Both the position numbers and the translations under genes were made by a program. Positions 46,368-56,564 of a stretch of 64,000 nucleotides of DNA are shown here, in pieces. Source of the stretch: an uncultured delta proteobacterium (lineage in GTDB: Bacteria > Myxococcota_A > UBA9160 > SMWR01); the NCBI GenBank assembly GCA_963832165.1, contig CAWHTE010000007.1, positions 512,001-576,000 on the forward strand. Reading direction: 5' to 3'. Below the pieces are notes generated by a model. That model made no database searches and was not told the origin of the DNA. It saw nothing but the letters and a program-made list of their open reading frames with translations. The stretch's first letter is position 1. Each line of letters opens with the position of its first letter.

Positions 46368-48097
46368 GACGTCTGCTCCAGCCGCACGATCTCGACCGGG
46401 CGCGAGATCGGGACGACGTTGGCGGGAATGCCGGACTTCTGCCGCTCGATCGCCGCGAGCACCTGCGCGGCCGCGCCGAAGTGCAGGGCGCGGCCCGCTT
46501 CGAGCACGAGCATGTGCGTCACGTGCTGGATCAGCGTGTTGCGGTGGGTTACGACGATCACGGTCACCGATTGCTCGCGGAGCTCGGCGAGCGCATCGGC
46601 CAGCGCGCGCTCGCCCGCGCCGTCGAGATTCGAGTTCGGCTCGTCGAGGATCACGAGCCGCGGGTTGCCGTAGAGAGCGCGCGCGAGCGCGATCCGCTGG
46701 CGCTGGCCCGGAGACAGCTGTACGCCGCCGACGTCCACCTGCGTGTCGTAGCCCTCCGGAAGCGACAGGATCATCTCGTGTGCGCGCGCGCGCTGCGCGG
46801 CGCGGACGACCTGCTCGGAGTCGACCACCCCGAGCCGCGCGATGTTCTCTGCGACGGTTCCCTGGAACAGCTCGACGTCCTGCGGCAGGTAGCCGATCGA
46901 CGGGCCGAGCGCCTCGCGCGGCCAGCGCGACAGGTCCGCGCCATCGAGGCGCACGACGCCCGCGGAGGGCTTCCAGATCCCGGCCAGCATGCGCACCAGC
47001 GTCGACTTGCCCGCGGCGCTCGGGCCGACGATGGCGAGCGCTTCGCCGGGCGCCAGCGAGAGTGACACGTTCTGAAGCACCAGGCGGTCGCTAGTCGGCG
47101 GCCGGTAGACGAGGTTCTGCGCGGCGATCGCACCCTGAGGCTCTGGCAGCTTCATGAGCTCCGACCCGTTCGCGCCGGTGCCGAGCAGCGCGACGAGCCG
47201 CGCGTGCGCCATGCGCGCCTCGGCCAGCACGCGCCAGCTCGCGACGATCTGCTCGACGGGCGCGAGCGCGCGCCCGAGCAGGATCGTGGTGGCGATCATC
47301 ACGCCCGGGGTGGCCTCGTGCGTGACGACGAGGTACGCGCCGATCGAGAGCATGGCGATCTGGACCACCTGGCGCAGCGAGCGCGCACTCGCGGTGAGCG
47401 CGACCGTCATGCGCGCCAAGGGGCGCTGAAGCTCGTTCACCTTGCCGTTGAGCTGCCGCCAGCGGCCGATCAGCCCGGGCGCCATGCCGAGCGCATGCAC
47501 CACCTCGGCGTTGGCGAGTGAAGCCTCGAGATAGCGGTTCGAGTGCACCGCCTCGCGCTGTAGCATCTCGATTCCGCTGCGCGTCAGACGATCGTTCAAC
47601 AGCGCGAGCGCGAGCATGACCACGGCGCTCGCGAGCGCCGCGAGGCCGAGCAGCGGGTGGCAGAGCCAGATCACCGCCACGTACACGACGAGCCAGGGCG
47701 CGTCGAAGAGTGCGATCAGGCCGTGCGAGGAGAACAGGGCGCGCAGCGTTCCGACGTCGCGCAGGGCTTCGTTGGGCACGCCTTCCGCGGCGCGTGCCCG
47801 CGCCGCGATCACGAGCTGCGCGACAGCCGGCGCAAGCGCGTCGCCGACCATGTTGCCGAGCACGCCCTGCAGCCTTCCGCGCAGGTAGTCGAGCGCGAGC
47901 GCAATTCCCAGCGCGATCACCGCCCCGAGCAGCAGAACTGCGAGCGTCTCGCGGCTCTGGCTCACGAGCACGCGGTCGAACACCTGCAGCAGGAAGATGG
48001 ACGGCACGAGCATGAGCAGGTGGCCGACGAACGAAAACACCGCGACGTGCAGCAGTGAACGCCGCATCGAGCAAGCGAGGAGGTTCAGGGTGGGCAC
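46364..48097 (-). CDS. T1SS permease/ATPase (PrtD family)
   Basis: LQVFDRVLVSQSRETL, FDAPW, GPSAAGKST, YLPQDVELF, LSPGQRQR, LDEPNSNLD. Confidence 0.93.
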   Translation of the reverse strand: MPTLNLLACSMRRSLLHVAVFSFVGHLLMLVPSIFLLQVFDRVLVSQSRETLAVLLLGAVIALGIALALDYLRGRLQGVLGNMVGDALAPAVAQLVIAARARAAEGVPNEALRDVGTLRALFSSHGLIALFDAPWLVVYVAVIWLCHPLLGLAALASAVVMLALALLNDRLTRSGIEMLQREAVHSNRYLEASLANAEVVHALGMAPGLIGRWRQLNGKVNELQRPLARMTVALTASARSLRQVVQIAMLSIGAYLVVTHEATPGVMIATTILLGRALAPVEQIVASWRVLAEARMAHARLVALLGTGANGSELMKLPEPQGAIAAQNLVYRPPTSDRLVLQNVSLSLAPGEALAIVGPSAAGKSTLVRMLAGIWKPSAGVVRLDGADLSRWPREALGPSIGYLPQDVELFQGTVAENIARLGVVDSEQVVRAAQRARAHEMILSLPEGYDTQVDVGGVQLSPGQRQRIALARALYGNPRLVILDEPNSNLDGAGERALADALAELREQSVTVIVVTHRNTLIQHVTHMLVLEAGRALHFGAAAQVLAAIERQKSGIPANVVPISRPVEIVRLEQTS

Positions 48098-48192
48098 GCC
48101 TAACTTGAGTGCCCGGTTGCGGAACGCCGGTTACTCCGCGCCCGGAAAGAATATCGAGTGGCACAAGCAAATCGTGCGCAACTCGGTCTCTC

Positions 48193-48229
48193 GTAGGGCG
48201 GATTAACGAGCGAAGCGAGCGCAATCCGC
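48193..48229 (+). repeat. GTAG-type REP palindrome
   Basis: GTAGGGCGGATTAACGAGCGAAGCGAGCGCAATCCGC; arms GCGGATT/AATCCGC, central GAA. Confidence 0.75.
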
Positions 48230-48315
48230 GTGCGGCGACCCGATCCTCACTCGCGCAAGGATCGGGTCACCCGGAGCTCCGCGGAGCCGGTCAGCTGGGA
48301 AGGTCGACGCCCCGC

Positions 48316-49800
48316 CTACTTTACGTGCGCGGGCTTCTCATCGAGCAGGACCGTCTTCGACTCGAGGAACGGATACAGGCCCTCGACGCCGCCCTCGCGG
48401 CCGATGCCCGACTGCTTGAAGCCGCCGAACGCGATGTTGAAGTCGGTGCGGAAGCAGTTGTGGCCAACCGTGCCCGACCGCAGCTCGCGCGCGGTCGAGT
48501 AGGCGCGCTCGACGTCGTTGGTGAACACCGAAGCGTTGAGGCCGTAGATCGAGTCGTTGGCGACATCGACTGCAGCAGCTTCGTTGTCGACCGGAATCAC
48601 CGAGAGCACCGGCCCGAAGATCTCCTCGCGCGCGATCGTCGAGTGGTTGTCGACGTTGCCGAACACGGTCGGCTCGATGAACCAGCCGCGTGCCAGGTCC
48701 TTCGGCCGCCCGCCTCCGGTCGCGAGCTTCGCGCCCTCTTCCTTGCCCTTGGCGATGTAGTGCTCGACGCGATCGCGCTGGCGGCTCATCGCGAGCGGAC
48801 CCATGCGCGTCGTGGGGCTGTACGGGTCGCCCACCGTCACCTGCTTGAACGAGGCGCTCAGCGCGTCGACGAGCTCGTCGTGGCGCTTCTTCGTCACGAC
48901 GATCCGCGTGAGCGACGAGCAGACCTGGCCCGTCAGGAACGGGGCGTAGCCCGCGATCGTCGCGGCGGCACGGCCGATGTCGAAGTCGTCCAGGATCACC
49001 GCGGCCGACTTGCCGCCGAGCTCGAGCGTGCAACGCGCGATGCGCTCCCCGCAGATCGAGGCGATCTTGCGCCCCGCTGCGGTCGACCCCGTGAAGGTCA
49101 CCTTGTCGACGTTGGGGTGACGGACGAGCAGCTCCGACACTTCGCGATTGGCGGTGAGCACGTTGATCACGCCGGAGGGAAGGCCGACCGCCTCGCACGC
49201 CTCCGCGAGGATGTACCCCGCACCGGGGGCCTCGGGCGAGCACTTGAGGATCACCACGCAGCCCGCGAGCAGCGCGGGCGCGCACTTGTACGCGATCAGC
49301 GAGGACGGCGCGTTCCAGGGAATGATCGCCGTGACGACACCGACCGGCTCGCGCACGAGCAGGCCGATGTTGCCGCTCCCGGGTCCCGGTTGGCGCTGCT
49401 CCTCGAACGGGAACGTGTCGGCGAGATCGGCGTAGTAGCGCCAGATGGCGCCGATCCCGGCCGAGCCGCCCTTCGCGATGCCGTGGATGACGCCCGATTC
49501 GTTCGTCCAGATCTGCGCCAGATCATCGGTGCGCTTGTCCATCTCGCTTGCGATCGCGCGCAGATACTTCGCCCGGTCGGCGTGGCTCATGCGCGGCCAG
49601 GGTCCGCGGTCGAATGCCTGGCGCGCTGCCGCGACCGCCTTCTCGACGTCGGGGGCCTGCGCCTCGGCGACCTGGACGAACAATTCCTCGGTGCCGCTAT
49701 TGATGACGTCGATCTTCGACGAGCTGGACGGGGAGGCCCAGCTTCCGTCGATGAAGAAGCGGTCGGGATGCTTGATCGGTGCGGGGGTCGGGTCGCTCAT
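48316..49800 (-). CDS. Aldehyde dehydrogenase
   Basis: IIPWNAP, FTGSTAAG, LELGGKS, GQVC, EEIFGPV, FGGFKQSGIGREGG. Confidence 0.95.
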   Translation of the reverse strand: MSDPTPAPIKHPDRFFIDGSWASPSSSSKIDVINSGTEELFVQVAEAQAPDVEKAVAAARQAFDRGPWPRMSHADRAKYLRAIASEMDKRTDDLAQIWTNESGVIHGIAKGGSAGIGAIWRYYADLADTFPFEEQRQPGPGSGNIGLLVREPVGVVTAIIPWNAPSSLIAYKCAPALLAGCVVILKCSPEAPGAGYILAEACEAVGLPSGVINVLTANREVSELLVRHPNVDKVTFTGSTAAGRKIASICGERIARCTLELGGKSAAVILDDFDIGRAAATIAGYAPFLTGQVCSSLTRIVVTKKRHDELVDALSASFKQVTVGDPYSPTTRMGPLAMSRQRDRVEHYIAKGKEEGAKLATGGGRPKDLARGWFIEPTVFGNVDNHSTIAREEIFGPVLSVIPVDNEAAAVDVANDSIYGLNASVFTNDVERAYSTARELRSGTVGHNCFRTDFNIAFGGFKQSGIGREGGVEGLYPFLESKTVLLDEKPAHVK

Positions 49801-49857
49801 GGGGTCCTCCTTGGGGGACTCGGACGATATCACGAGGCGACCTCTCGGACCCCCCGT

Positions 49858-50778
49858 TTACTTCCCGCCGAGGCTCATCCAAACGAGCGTTATCAATTGA
49901 TCGGTCTTGATGAAGCCGTCGCCCCATTCGGCCTCGAGGTGGGCCAGGGGCTTGCTGGCGACGAACTTCTCGAGCGTCTTGCCCGACGCAATGCTCTTCT
50001 CGACCCGCCCCTTCACGTCCACGAGCATGTCGCGAAACACGACGAGGTCGGCGCGCGTCGCGAGCGGGCCGTGGCCTGGGACGATCTTCGTCTGATCGTT
50101 CGCGCGCGCGAGCGCGCGGTTCGCGGAGTCGATCAGGCCCGTGATCGTTCCGCCGCTCTCGACGTCGATGAACGGAAAGAAGCCGTTCACGAACGTGTCG
50201 CCCATGTGCACGACGTTCGCGTTCGCGAACCAGATGTGGGCATCGCCATCCGTGTGCGCGGGCGCGACGTGCTCGACCTGGATCGTCTCGCCGTTCCAGT
50301 GCAGCGTGACGCCCTCGGCGAACGTGACCACGGGCAGCGCCGCGGCCGGCTGCGCGGGCATCTTCCGGTTCATGAACTTCGAGAACTGATCCATCGACAT
50401 GCGCTTGCGCACGTTCTCGTGCGCGAAGATCACGGCTCCGGCGCCCGTCATCGGCTCGTTGCCGCCCGTGTGATCGCCGTGGAAATGTGTGTTGATCACG
50501 AACCGGATCGGCGCGTCCTGCAGCGCGCGCACCGCCGCGACGATCTTCGGCACCATCGGCACGAACTGATCGTCCACGATCACGGGACCGTCGGTTCCGA
50601 TACACACCGCGATGTTCCCGCCCGCGAAGCCGCCCACGCCTTCGAGCATCGCGACACCCGGAGCGAGCTGCGTCGTCTTGAGCGAGATCTTCGAGAAGTC
50701 CTGCTCCTGGGCGCTTGCCGCCGCCGTCGCGAGCAGCACCGCGCACAGAAGCCACGCGCCCGATCGCTGCGCATGCAT
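49858..50778 (-). CDS. Secreted MBL-fold metallohydrolase (cyclase-like)
   Basis: Signal peptide; NTHFHGDHTGGN, AHTDGD, HMGD, VPGHG. Confidence 0.9.
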   Translation of the reverse strand: MHAQRSGAWLLCAVLLATAAASAQEQDFSKISLKTTQLAPGVAMLEGVGGFAGGNIAVCIGTDGPVIVDDQFVPMVPKIVAAVRALQDAPIRFVINTHFHGDHTGGNEPMTGAGAVIFAHENVRKRMSMDQFSKFMNRKMPAQPAAALPVVTFAEGVTLHWNGETIQVEHVAPAHTDGDAHIWFANANVVHMGDTFVNGFFPFIDVESGGTITGLIDSANRALARANDQTKIVPGHGPLATRADLVVFRDMLVDVKGRVEKSIASGKTLEKFVASKPLAHLEAEWGDGFIKTDQLITLVWMSLGGK

Positions 50779-50792
50779 GTCGTTTCCCTTTC

Positions 50793-51821
50793 TCAGAGGT
50801 GAATCTCGAAGCGGATCTCGACGTAGGGCGACGGGTCGGAGCGGCGCGACAAGAGCGTTCCCAGATCCTCCTCGTGCACGCGGATTCTCCGGTCCAGGAG
50901 CGCGCCCATTTCGAGCTCGAGCTGCAGCCAGTTGGCGAGGATCCAGTCGATTCCGCCCCCGATCCGGATGTGGCGTTCCCGGAACGAGAGATCGCCGAAC
51001 CCCGGGCGATCGCTGAGCCGGTATCCGTCGCTCGAGCGGAAGCCCGCGATGAAGAGGCCGAACGCGGGTGTGACCCCGACCTCCACCTGGAGTCCCAGCT
51101 CGCGCGTGCGCAGCGTGACGAGCTCGTTAGGCCGCCAGCGCAGTGCGAAGATCGGGTCTAGGTCCACCTCTGCATCGTGGAACGGCGACCGCAGCGAGAC
51201 GCCGAGCGCCAGGCGTAGTCTTTTCCCGACTTCGTAGCCGAAACCGAGTGCGCCGCCCATGGACGTGCCGTCATCGAAGTCCCCGTTCTCCCAGCGCGAC
51301 CCGCCGTAGATCGATCCGACCACCGACCACCGCTCGCCCTTCACGAACCAGTCCGTGGAATCGCTGATCAAGCGGGCGCCGTCGATCGCGATCCGGAACG
51401 CGTGCAGGTCGAGATCGCCGATCCGCTCGTCGGCGTCGAAGGTCTGTCCGGTGATCGGATGCACGTCCGTGCCCGTGCCCCAGACGTCGCCCTGAAAGTC
51501 GTACTGCGTCTCCGCGAGCTGGAGCGCGATGCGCGACACGAAGCGCTCGGTTGCGAGCCACGTCAAGCGCGCTCGGAGCTCGGGTCGCACCACGGTCATG
51601 TCTCCGTCGCCGATCGACGCTTGCGGTGCCGTGAACAACGCGAGGTGCATCCGAAGCGCTTCGCTGATATCGAGCTCGGGAAACGGTGGCGCGGCGAGGA
51701 AGGAGAGCTCGCCCGCCACGTTGCCTTCCACGGTGGACTGATCGTCGTCGGGCTTCTCCGCAGCCGAGGGCGCTGCGGCGCCGAGTGCTCCCGCGAGCGC
51801 GAGCGCTGCCACTCGCGCCAT
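50793..51821 (-). CDS. Putative outer-membrane beta-barrel protein (DUF6268-like)
   Basis: Signal peptide, alternating amphipathic strands, C-terminal YVEIRFEIHL; start could be 51866. Confidence 0.55.
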   Translation of the reverse strand: MARVAALALAGALGAAAPSAAEKPDDDQSTVEGNVAGELSFLAAPPFPELDISEALRMHLALFTAPQASIGDGDMTVVRPELRARLTWLATERFVSRIALQLAETQYDFQGDVWGTGTDVHPITGQTFDADERIGDLDLHAFRIAIDGARLISDSTDWFVKGERWSVVGSIYGGSRWENGDFDDGTSMGGALGFGYEVGKRLRLALGVSLRSPFHDAEVDLDPIFALRWRPNELVTLRTRELGLQVEVGVTPAFGLFIAGFRSSDGYRLSDRPGFGDLSFRERHIRIGGGIDWILANWLQLELEMGALLDRRIRVHEEDLGTLLSRRSDPSPYVEIRFEIHL

Positions 51822-51882
51822 GCGCGAGGTGCGACGCACCGGCCTGCGCGCAGAGAGCGTCCCCATCACGTTCCGTCGAGAT

Positions 51883-51898
51883 AGCACGATCCGTGCCA
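51883..51898 (-). promoter_or_regulatory. Putative sigma54 promoter
   Basis: Minus strand TGGCAC-GGATC-GTGCT (GG-N10-GC). Confidence 0.5.
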
Positions 51899-51963
51899 CT
51901 TCGGGATCGAGTGGTAAAAATGGGAACCCGAACCCGCCGCGGGCCGGTGCATAATGGTGGGGA

Positions 51964-54447
51964 ATGGCAGTGTCGGAGCTCGCGACGGTTCCTCGCCCCC
52001 TCTCTCCTTACCGCGTCCTCGACCTCACCGACGCGCGCGCGGGGCTCGGCGCGATGGTGCTCGCGGGGCTCGGCGCCGACGTGATCCGCGTGGAGCCGCC
52101 GGGCGGGTGCGACGCGCGGCGTGCAGCGCCGCTCGTGCCCGGCCTCCCCGACACCCTCGCGAGCCTGCGCTTCCACGCGTTCGAGCGCGGCAAGCGCAGC
52201 GTCGTGCTCGATCTCGAGAGCGCGCGCGGCCGCGCGGATTTCGAAGCGCTCGTCGCGAGCGCGCACTTCGTGATCGAGAACGCGGGCCCGGGCGCGTCCG
52301 ACGCGCGCGGGCTCGGCTTCGCGGCGCTGCGCGAGCTGCGGCCCGATCTCGTGTACGTCGCGATCAGCCCGTTCGGTCAGGACGGGCCTTATGCACACCA
52401 TCTCGCGACCGATCTCACGCTCTCCGCGATGGGCGGGATGATGTCGCTGCTAGGTGAGCCCGATCGCCGGCCCGTGCGCATCACGGTTCCCCAGACCTGG
52501 TACCACGCGTCGGTGGAGGGCGCGCTCGCGGCGTTGGTCGCGCACGAGCGCAGGCTGCAGACCGGCGAGGCGCAGTTCGTCGACGTGTCGGTGCAGGCGG
52601 CCGTGTTCTGGACCGGCCTCAACGCGATGATCGCGCACGCGATCCAGGGCAAGAACATCGAGCGCAATGGGACGTGGCTTCAGCTCAGCACGCTCGTCAC
52701 GCCGCTCGTGTACCCGTGCGCGGACGGCGAGGTGACGTTGATCGCGACGACTGCCACGCTCGTGCCGCTGATTCCGTGGATGATCGAGACGGGCGTGATC
52801 GACGAGGCGTGGGCCGCGCTCGAGGACTGGCGCACCTACGAAGCGCGCATGCTCACGGGGGCCGAGCTCGCGATTCCGCTGCCCACACTGCGCGAGAAGA
52901 TCGAGCAGTTCACGCGCAAGCTCACCAAGGCCGACCTGTTCGCGGGCGGCATCGCGCGCAGCATCACGCTCGCGCCCGTCAACACGACCTCCGACGTCCT
53001 CGCGCTCGACCACCTCGCGCACCGCGACTTCTGGCGTCCCATCCCTCTTCCCGACGGTCGCACCCTGCGCGCCGCGGGCTCGTTCGCGCGCCTCTCCCGC
53101 ACTCCCATCTCGTTCCGTCCCGCCCCCGACCTCGGCGAGCACACGGCAGAAATCGTAGGGCGGGAGGAGCCGGCGAAGCCGGCGGATCCCGCCTTCCGCG
53201 GCACCCGGCCCGCGACGGCGACCACGCGGGCACAGCCCCGTCTGCCGTTCGAGGGCGTCAAATTCGCCGACTTCTCCTGGATCGGCGTGGGCCCGATCAC
53301 CGCGAAAGTCTTCGCCGACCACGGCGCCACGGTCGTCCGCGTCGAAACCGACAAGCCCGCCGACCGCCTCCGACTCGTCGGTCCGTTCAAGGACGGCATC
53401 GGCGGCATCAACCGCTGCCAGTTCTTCGGCTCGTTCAACACCTCGAAGCTCTCGCTCCAGCTCGACCTCAAGCACCCCGAAGGCATCGCGATCGCCAAAC
53501 GCCTGCTCCAATGGGCCGACATCTGCCTCGACTCGTTCACGGCGGGCACCATGACCGAGCTCGGCCTCGGCTACGACGTCGCACGCGAGCTGAATCCGGG
53601 CCTGATCATGGCGAGCACGTGCCTGATGGGTCAGACCGGACCCGCTGCGAAGCTCGCGGGCTACGGCTACCACGCGGCGTCGGTGTGCGGCTTCTACGAG
53701 GTGACGGGCTGGGACGACCGCGCGCCCGGCGGCCCGTTCAACGCCTACACCGACACCATCGCGCCGCGCTTCCTCGCCACCGTGCTCATGGCCGCGCTCG
53801 ACGATCGCCGCCGCACCGGCGAGGGGCAGTACATCGATCAGGCGCAGATGGAATCGTCGCTGCACTTCCTCGGCCCCGAGCTGCTCGAGGCGCAGATCAC
53901 GGGGAAGGATGCGCGCCGCGCGGGCAACTACTCCGCCACCGCCGTCCCGCACGACTCCTATCCTTGTCAGGGCGACGACCAGTGGTGCGCCATCGCGTGC
54001 GAGACGGACGAGCAGTGGCGCGCGCTGCGGCGCGAGCTAGGCGATCCCGAGTGGGCGCGAGCACGAGAGCTCGACGCGCTGCCCGGCCGCCTCGCTCAGC
54101 GCGATCTCATCGACCGCGAGCTCGCCGCGTTCACCGCGAAGCACCCGCCGCGCGCGCTCATGGATCGGCTCCAGGCCGCCGGCATCCCGGCCGGCATGGT
54201 TCAGCGCTCGAGCGATCACCAGGAAGACCCCCAGCTCGCCCACCGCGAGTTCTTCCGCCCGCTCGAGCATCCCGAAATGGGCCTCGTCCCGTACGAAGGC
54301 CACGCCTACCGCATCTCGGGCTACGACCACGGAGCGCGCTCACCGGCTCCCTGCCTCGGCGAGCACACCTATCAGGTCCTGCAAGAAGTGCTCGGGCTCG
54401 ACGACGACGAGATCGCGCGGGTGTTGGGAAGCGGGGCGTGCGGATAG
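51964..54447 (+). CDS. Double-domain CaiB/BaiF CoA-transferase
   Basis: Two modules (LAGLGADVIRVEPPGG...APDLGEHT and FADHGATVVRVET...APCLGEHT). Confidence 0.92.
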   Translation: MAVSELATVPRPLSPYRVLDLTDARAGLGAMVLAGLGADVIRVEPPGGCDARRAAPLVPGLPDTLASLRFHAFERGKRSVVLDLESARGRADFEALVASAHFVIENAGPGASDARGLGFAALRELRPDLVYVAISPFGQDGPYAHHLATDLTLSAMGGMMSLLGEPDRRPVRITVPQTWYHASVEGALAALVAHERRLQTGEAQFVDVSVQAAVFWTGLNAMIAHAIQGKNIERNGTWLQLSTLVTPLVYPCADGEVTLIATTATLVPLIPWMIETGVIDEAWAALEDWRTYEARMLTGAELAIPLPTLREKIEQFTRKLTKADLFAGGIARSITLAPVNTTSDVLALDHLAHRDFWRPIPLPDGRTLRAAGSFARLSRTPISFRPAPDLGEHTAEIVGREEPAKPADPAFRGTRPATATTRAQPRLPFEGVKFADFSWIGVGPITAKVFADHGATVVRVETDKPADRLRLVGPFKDGIGGINRCQFFGSFNTSKLSLQLDLKHPEGIAIAKRLLQWADICLDSFTAGTMTELGLGYDVARELNPGLIMASTCLMGQTGPAAKLAGYGYHAASVCGFYEVTGWDDRAPGGPFNAYTDTIAPRFLATVLMAALDDRRRTGEGQYIDQAQMESSLHFLGPELLEAQITGKDARRAGNYSATAVPHDSYPCQGDDQWCAIACETDEQWRALRRELGDPEWARARELDALPGRLAQRDLIDRELAAFTAKHPPRALMDRLQAAGIPAGMVQRSSDHQEDPQLAHREFFRPLEHPEMGLVPYEGHAYRISGYDHGARSPAPCLGEHTYQVLQEVLGLDDDEIARVLGSGACG
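53155..53193 (+). repeat. GTAG-type REP copy inside the CoA-transferase interdomain linker
   Basis: GTAG-GGCGGGA-GGA-GCCGGC-GAA-GCCGGC-GGA-TCCCGCC, preceded by TC like the other copies. Confidence 0.7.
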
Positions 54448-54449
54448 GG

Positions 54450-56297
54450 ATGTACTTCCGGGCCCGTAGACGCGGGCGAGTGGTCGAGATCCTCGCTTTG
54501 ATCGTCCTCACCGGAGCCGTGCAATGCGCGAGCGCGCCACCCGCGCCGCCGGACTCTCCATCGACCTGCGAGGGCCCCGTCATTCGCGGGCCGATCGGTG
54601 GTTCGAATCCCACGCTGACCGGCTTCGCCGACTATCACGCGCACATGTTCTCCGAGGTGTCGTTCGGGCAGTACGGGTTCCATGGTCACAGCTATCCGCC
54701 GATCGACGCGCCGCCCGAGCAGCAGCTCGGCGATTCGCTCGGGCCGTGTCGTCACGCGGATTTGCGCCATACGAGGACCGGCCTCTCGGTGCGCTTCATC
54801 GAGCGGTCTCACGGGACGCAGGGGTATCCGACGTTCGCGAAGTGGCCGAACTACTGGATGCTGCTCCATCAACAGATGTACGTGGACTGGGTGTATCGCG
54901 CGTATCGCCATGGTCTGCGGCTCATGGTCATGACGATCACGCACAGTCGCACGCTCTGTGAGCGCTTCCACAAGGATCCCGATGCACCGTGCGGCGACGA
55001 CGCCGTGATCGCGCTCCAGATCGAAGCGATGCGGGGCATGCTCGACGCGATTGCGGAGCGCGAGGGCGGCTGGATGCGCCTCGCGCACTCGTCGCAGGAA
55101 GCGGCCGAGATCATCCGCGACAACCGATTGGCGCTCGTGCTCGCGGTCGAAGTCGACACGCTGTTCGAATGCGGGGTCGAAGGGGATGCGCGCTGCCGCT
55201 CCGAATCGTACGGGCCCGCGCTCGATTGGATGTACGGCGCTGGCGTCCGGCACCTCATTCCCATCCATCTGATCGACAACGGCTTCGGCGGCGCCGCGAT
55301 CTACGACGACCACATGAACGTCAACCAGATCTATCTGCGCAATACGCTGCTGCAGCCGGATCCAGCGGGGTGCGAGGACGAGCGGGTCGACTTCGAGTTC
55401 AGCGGCACCTCCGCGACGTTGGTTACGGCGATGCTGTCGGTCGGGCGTTCCTACCTTCCGCGCTATCCGCGAAGCCCGAAGGGCAAAGAGGGCCATTGCA
55501 ACGTGCGGGGTCTCACGAAGGATGGCGAACAGCTCGTCCGTGGCTTGATGCGCAGGGGCATGCTGATCGATCTCGAGCACATGTCGGAGCGCTCGATGGA
55601 TGGAACCCTGGAGCTCGCGCGCGCGAACTGCGCCGATCTGGCGCGCGGGCGCACGTGTTATCCGCTGCTGAGCTCGCACAGCTGGCCGCGCGACCTCAAG
55701 CGCAGGCTTCGCGACGGGGAGAAGGTGGGATTCGTGCGGCCCGGCGAGGTGATCGAGACCACGACGGAGCTGCAGAAGTCCCCCGCCGTTCTCGCGGCGA
55801 TTCGCGAGCTCGGTGGCGTGGTGGGCATGATCACCAATCAGGGGCGGTTGTATCGCGGTGAGGATGAGATTCCCGATGAGTGCCCGACGTCTTCAGAGGC
55901 GGTCGCACACGCGCTCGCGTACGCGGTGAAGGAGATGGGCGGGAAGGGTGGAGTCGGCTTCGGAACCGACTTCAATGGATTCGCGGGACAGCCGGGTCCG
56001 CGATTCGGGACGCATGCGTGTGGAGATCGCGGGACGCAGGACCAGCGAGCGCAGCTCGACTATCCGTTCACGGACCAGTTCGGCGAGGCGACGCAGTGCA
56101 CGCGGGCCGGGCAGCGCGACTTCGATTTCAATCGCGATGGGCTGGCGCACTATGGGCTGTTGCCGGACCTGATTGCGGACATGAACCTGGTCGGTGCGGA
56201 CGACGAGGTCGTCGACATGTTGTTCTCGTCGGCGCGGGCGTATGTCGAGATGTGGGAGCGGGCGGAGGCGGTGGCGCGCGTAAACAACGAACCGTAG
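54450..56297 (+). CDS. Membrane dipeptidase (peptidase M19)-like exported protein
   Basis: GFADYHAHMF, HQQMYVDW, GMLIDLEHMS, SSH, GTDFNGF, GLAHYGLLPD. Confidence 0.8.
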   Translation: MYFRARRRGRVVEILALIVLTGAVQCASAPPAPPDSPSTCEGPVIRGPIGGSNPTLTGFADYHAHMFSEVSFGQYGFHGHSYPPIDAPPEQQLGDSLGPCRHADLRHTRTGLSVRFIERSHGTQGYPTFAKWPNYWMLLHQQMYVDWVYRAYRHGLRLMVMTITHSRTLCERFHKDPDAPCGDDAVIALQIEAMRGMLDAIAEREGGWMRLAHSSQEAAEIIRDNRLALVLAVEVDTLFECGVEGDARCRSESYGPALDWMYGAGVRHLIPIHLIDNGFGGAAIYDDHMNVNQIYLRNTLLQPDPAGCEDERVDFEFSGTSATLVTAMLSVGRSYLPRYPRSPKGKEGHCNVRGLTKDGEQLVRGLMRRGMLIDLEHMSERSMDGTLELARANCADLARGRTCYPLLSSHSWPRDLKRRLRDGEKVGFVRPGEVIETTTELQKSPAVLAAIRELGGVVGMITNQGRLYRGEDEIPDECPTSSEAVAHALAYAVKEMGGKGGVGFGTDFNGFAGQPGPRFGTHACGDRGTQDQRAQLDYPFTDQFGEATQCTRAGQRDFDFNRDGLAHYGLLPDLIADMNLVGADDEVVDMLFSSARAYVEMWERAEAVARVNNEP

Positions 56298-56312
56298 AAG
56301 TGGGGGCCTCTT

Positions 56313-56564
56313 ATGGGCATCATCGTCTGGTTGATCGTGGGCGGCGTCGTCGGCTGGCTCGCGAGCATCGTCATGAAGACGAACGCGCAGCAGGGCATTC
56401 TCGGGAACGTGCTGATCGGGATCGTCGGCGCGTTTCTGGGTGGACAGCTGCTGGGTGGCTCGATCAATGCGGGGCTCAGCCTGCGCAGCTTCGTGGTGTC
56501 GCTCCTGGGCGCGATCCTGCTGCTGGGGCTGATCAACCTGATCCGGCGCGGACGGGTGCGTTAG
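56313..56564 (+). CDS. GlsB/YeaQ/YmgE family membrane protein
   Basis: WLIVGGVVGWLAS...NVLIGIVGAFLGG...SLLGAILLL. Confidence 0.9.
   Translation: MGIIVWLIVGGVVGWLASIVMKTNAQQGILGNVLIGIVGAFLGGQLLGGSINAGLSLRSFVVSLLGAILLLGLINLIRRGRVR

Noticed and set aside
29245..48104. Recurring GCCTAAC (29246, 35025, 37319, 48098), resembling integron attC cores
   Set aside because: No paired RYYYAAC...GTTRRRY boxes at gene ends and no integrase. Two copies are explained by the tRNA att repeat and the others are too short to be significant.
49858..50778. MBL-fold gene as an antibiotic-resistance metallo-beta-lactamase
   Set aside because: The sequence pattern fits the widespread cyclase-like MBL hydrolases, and there is no mobile context.
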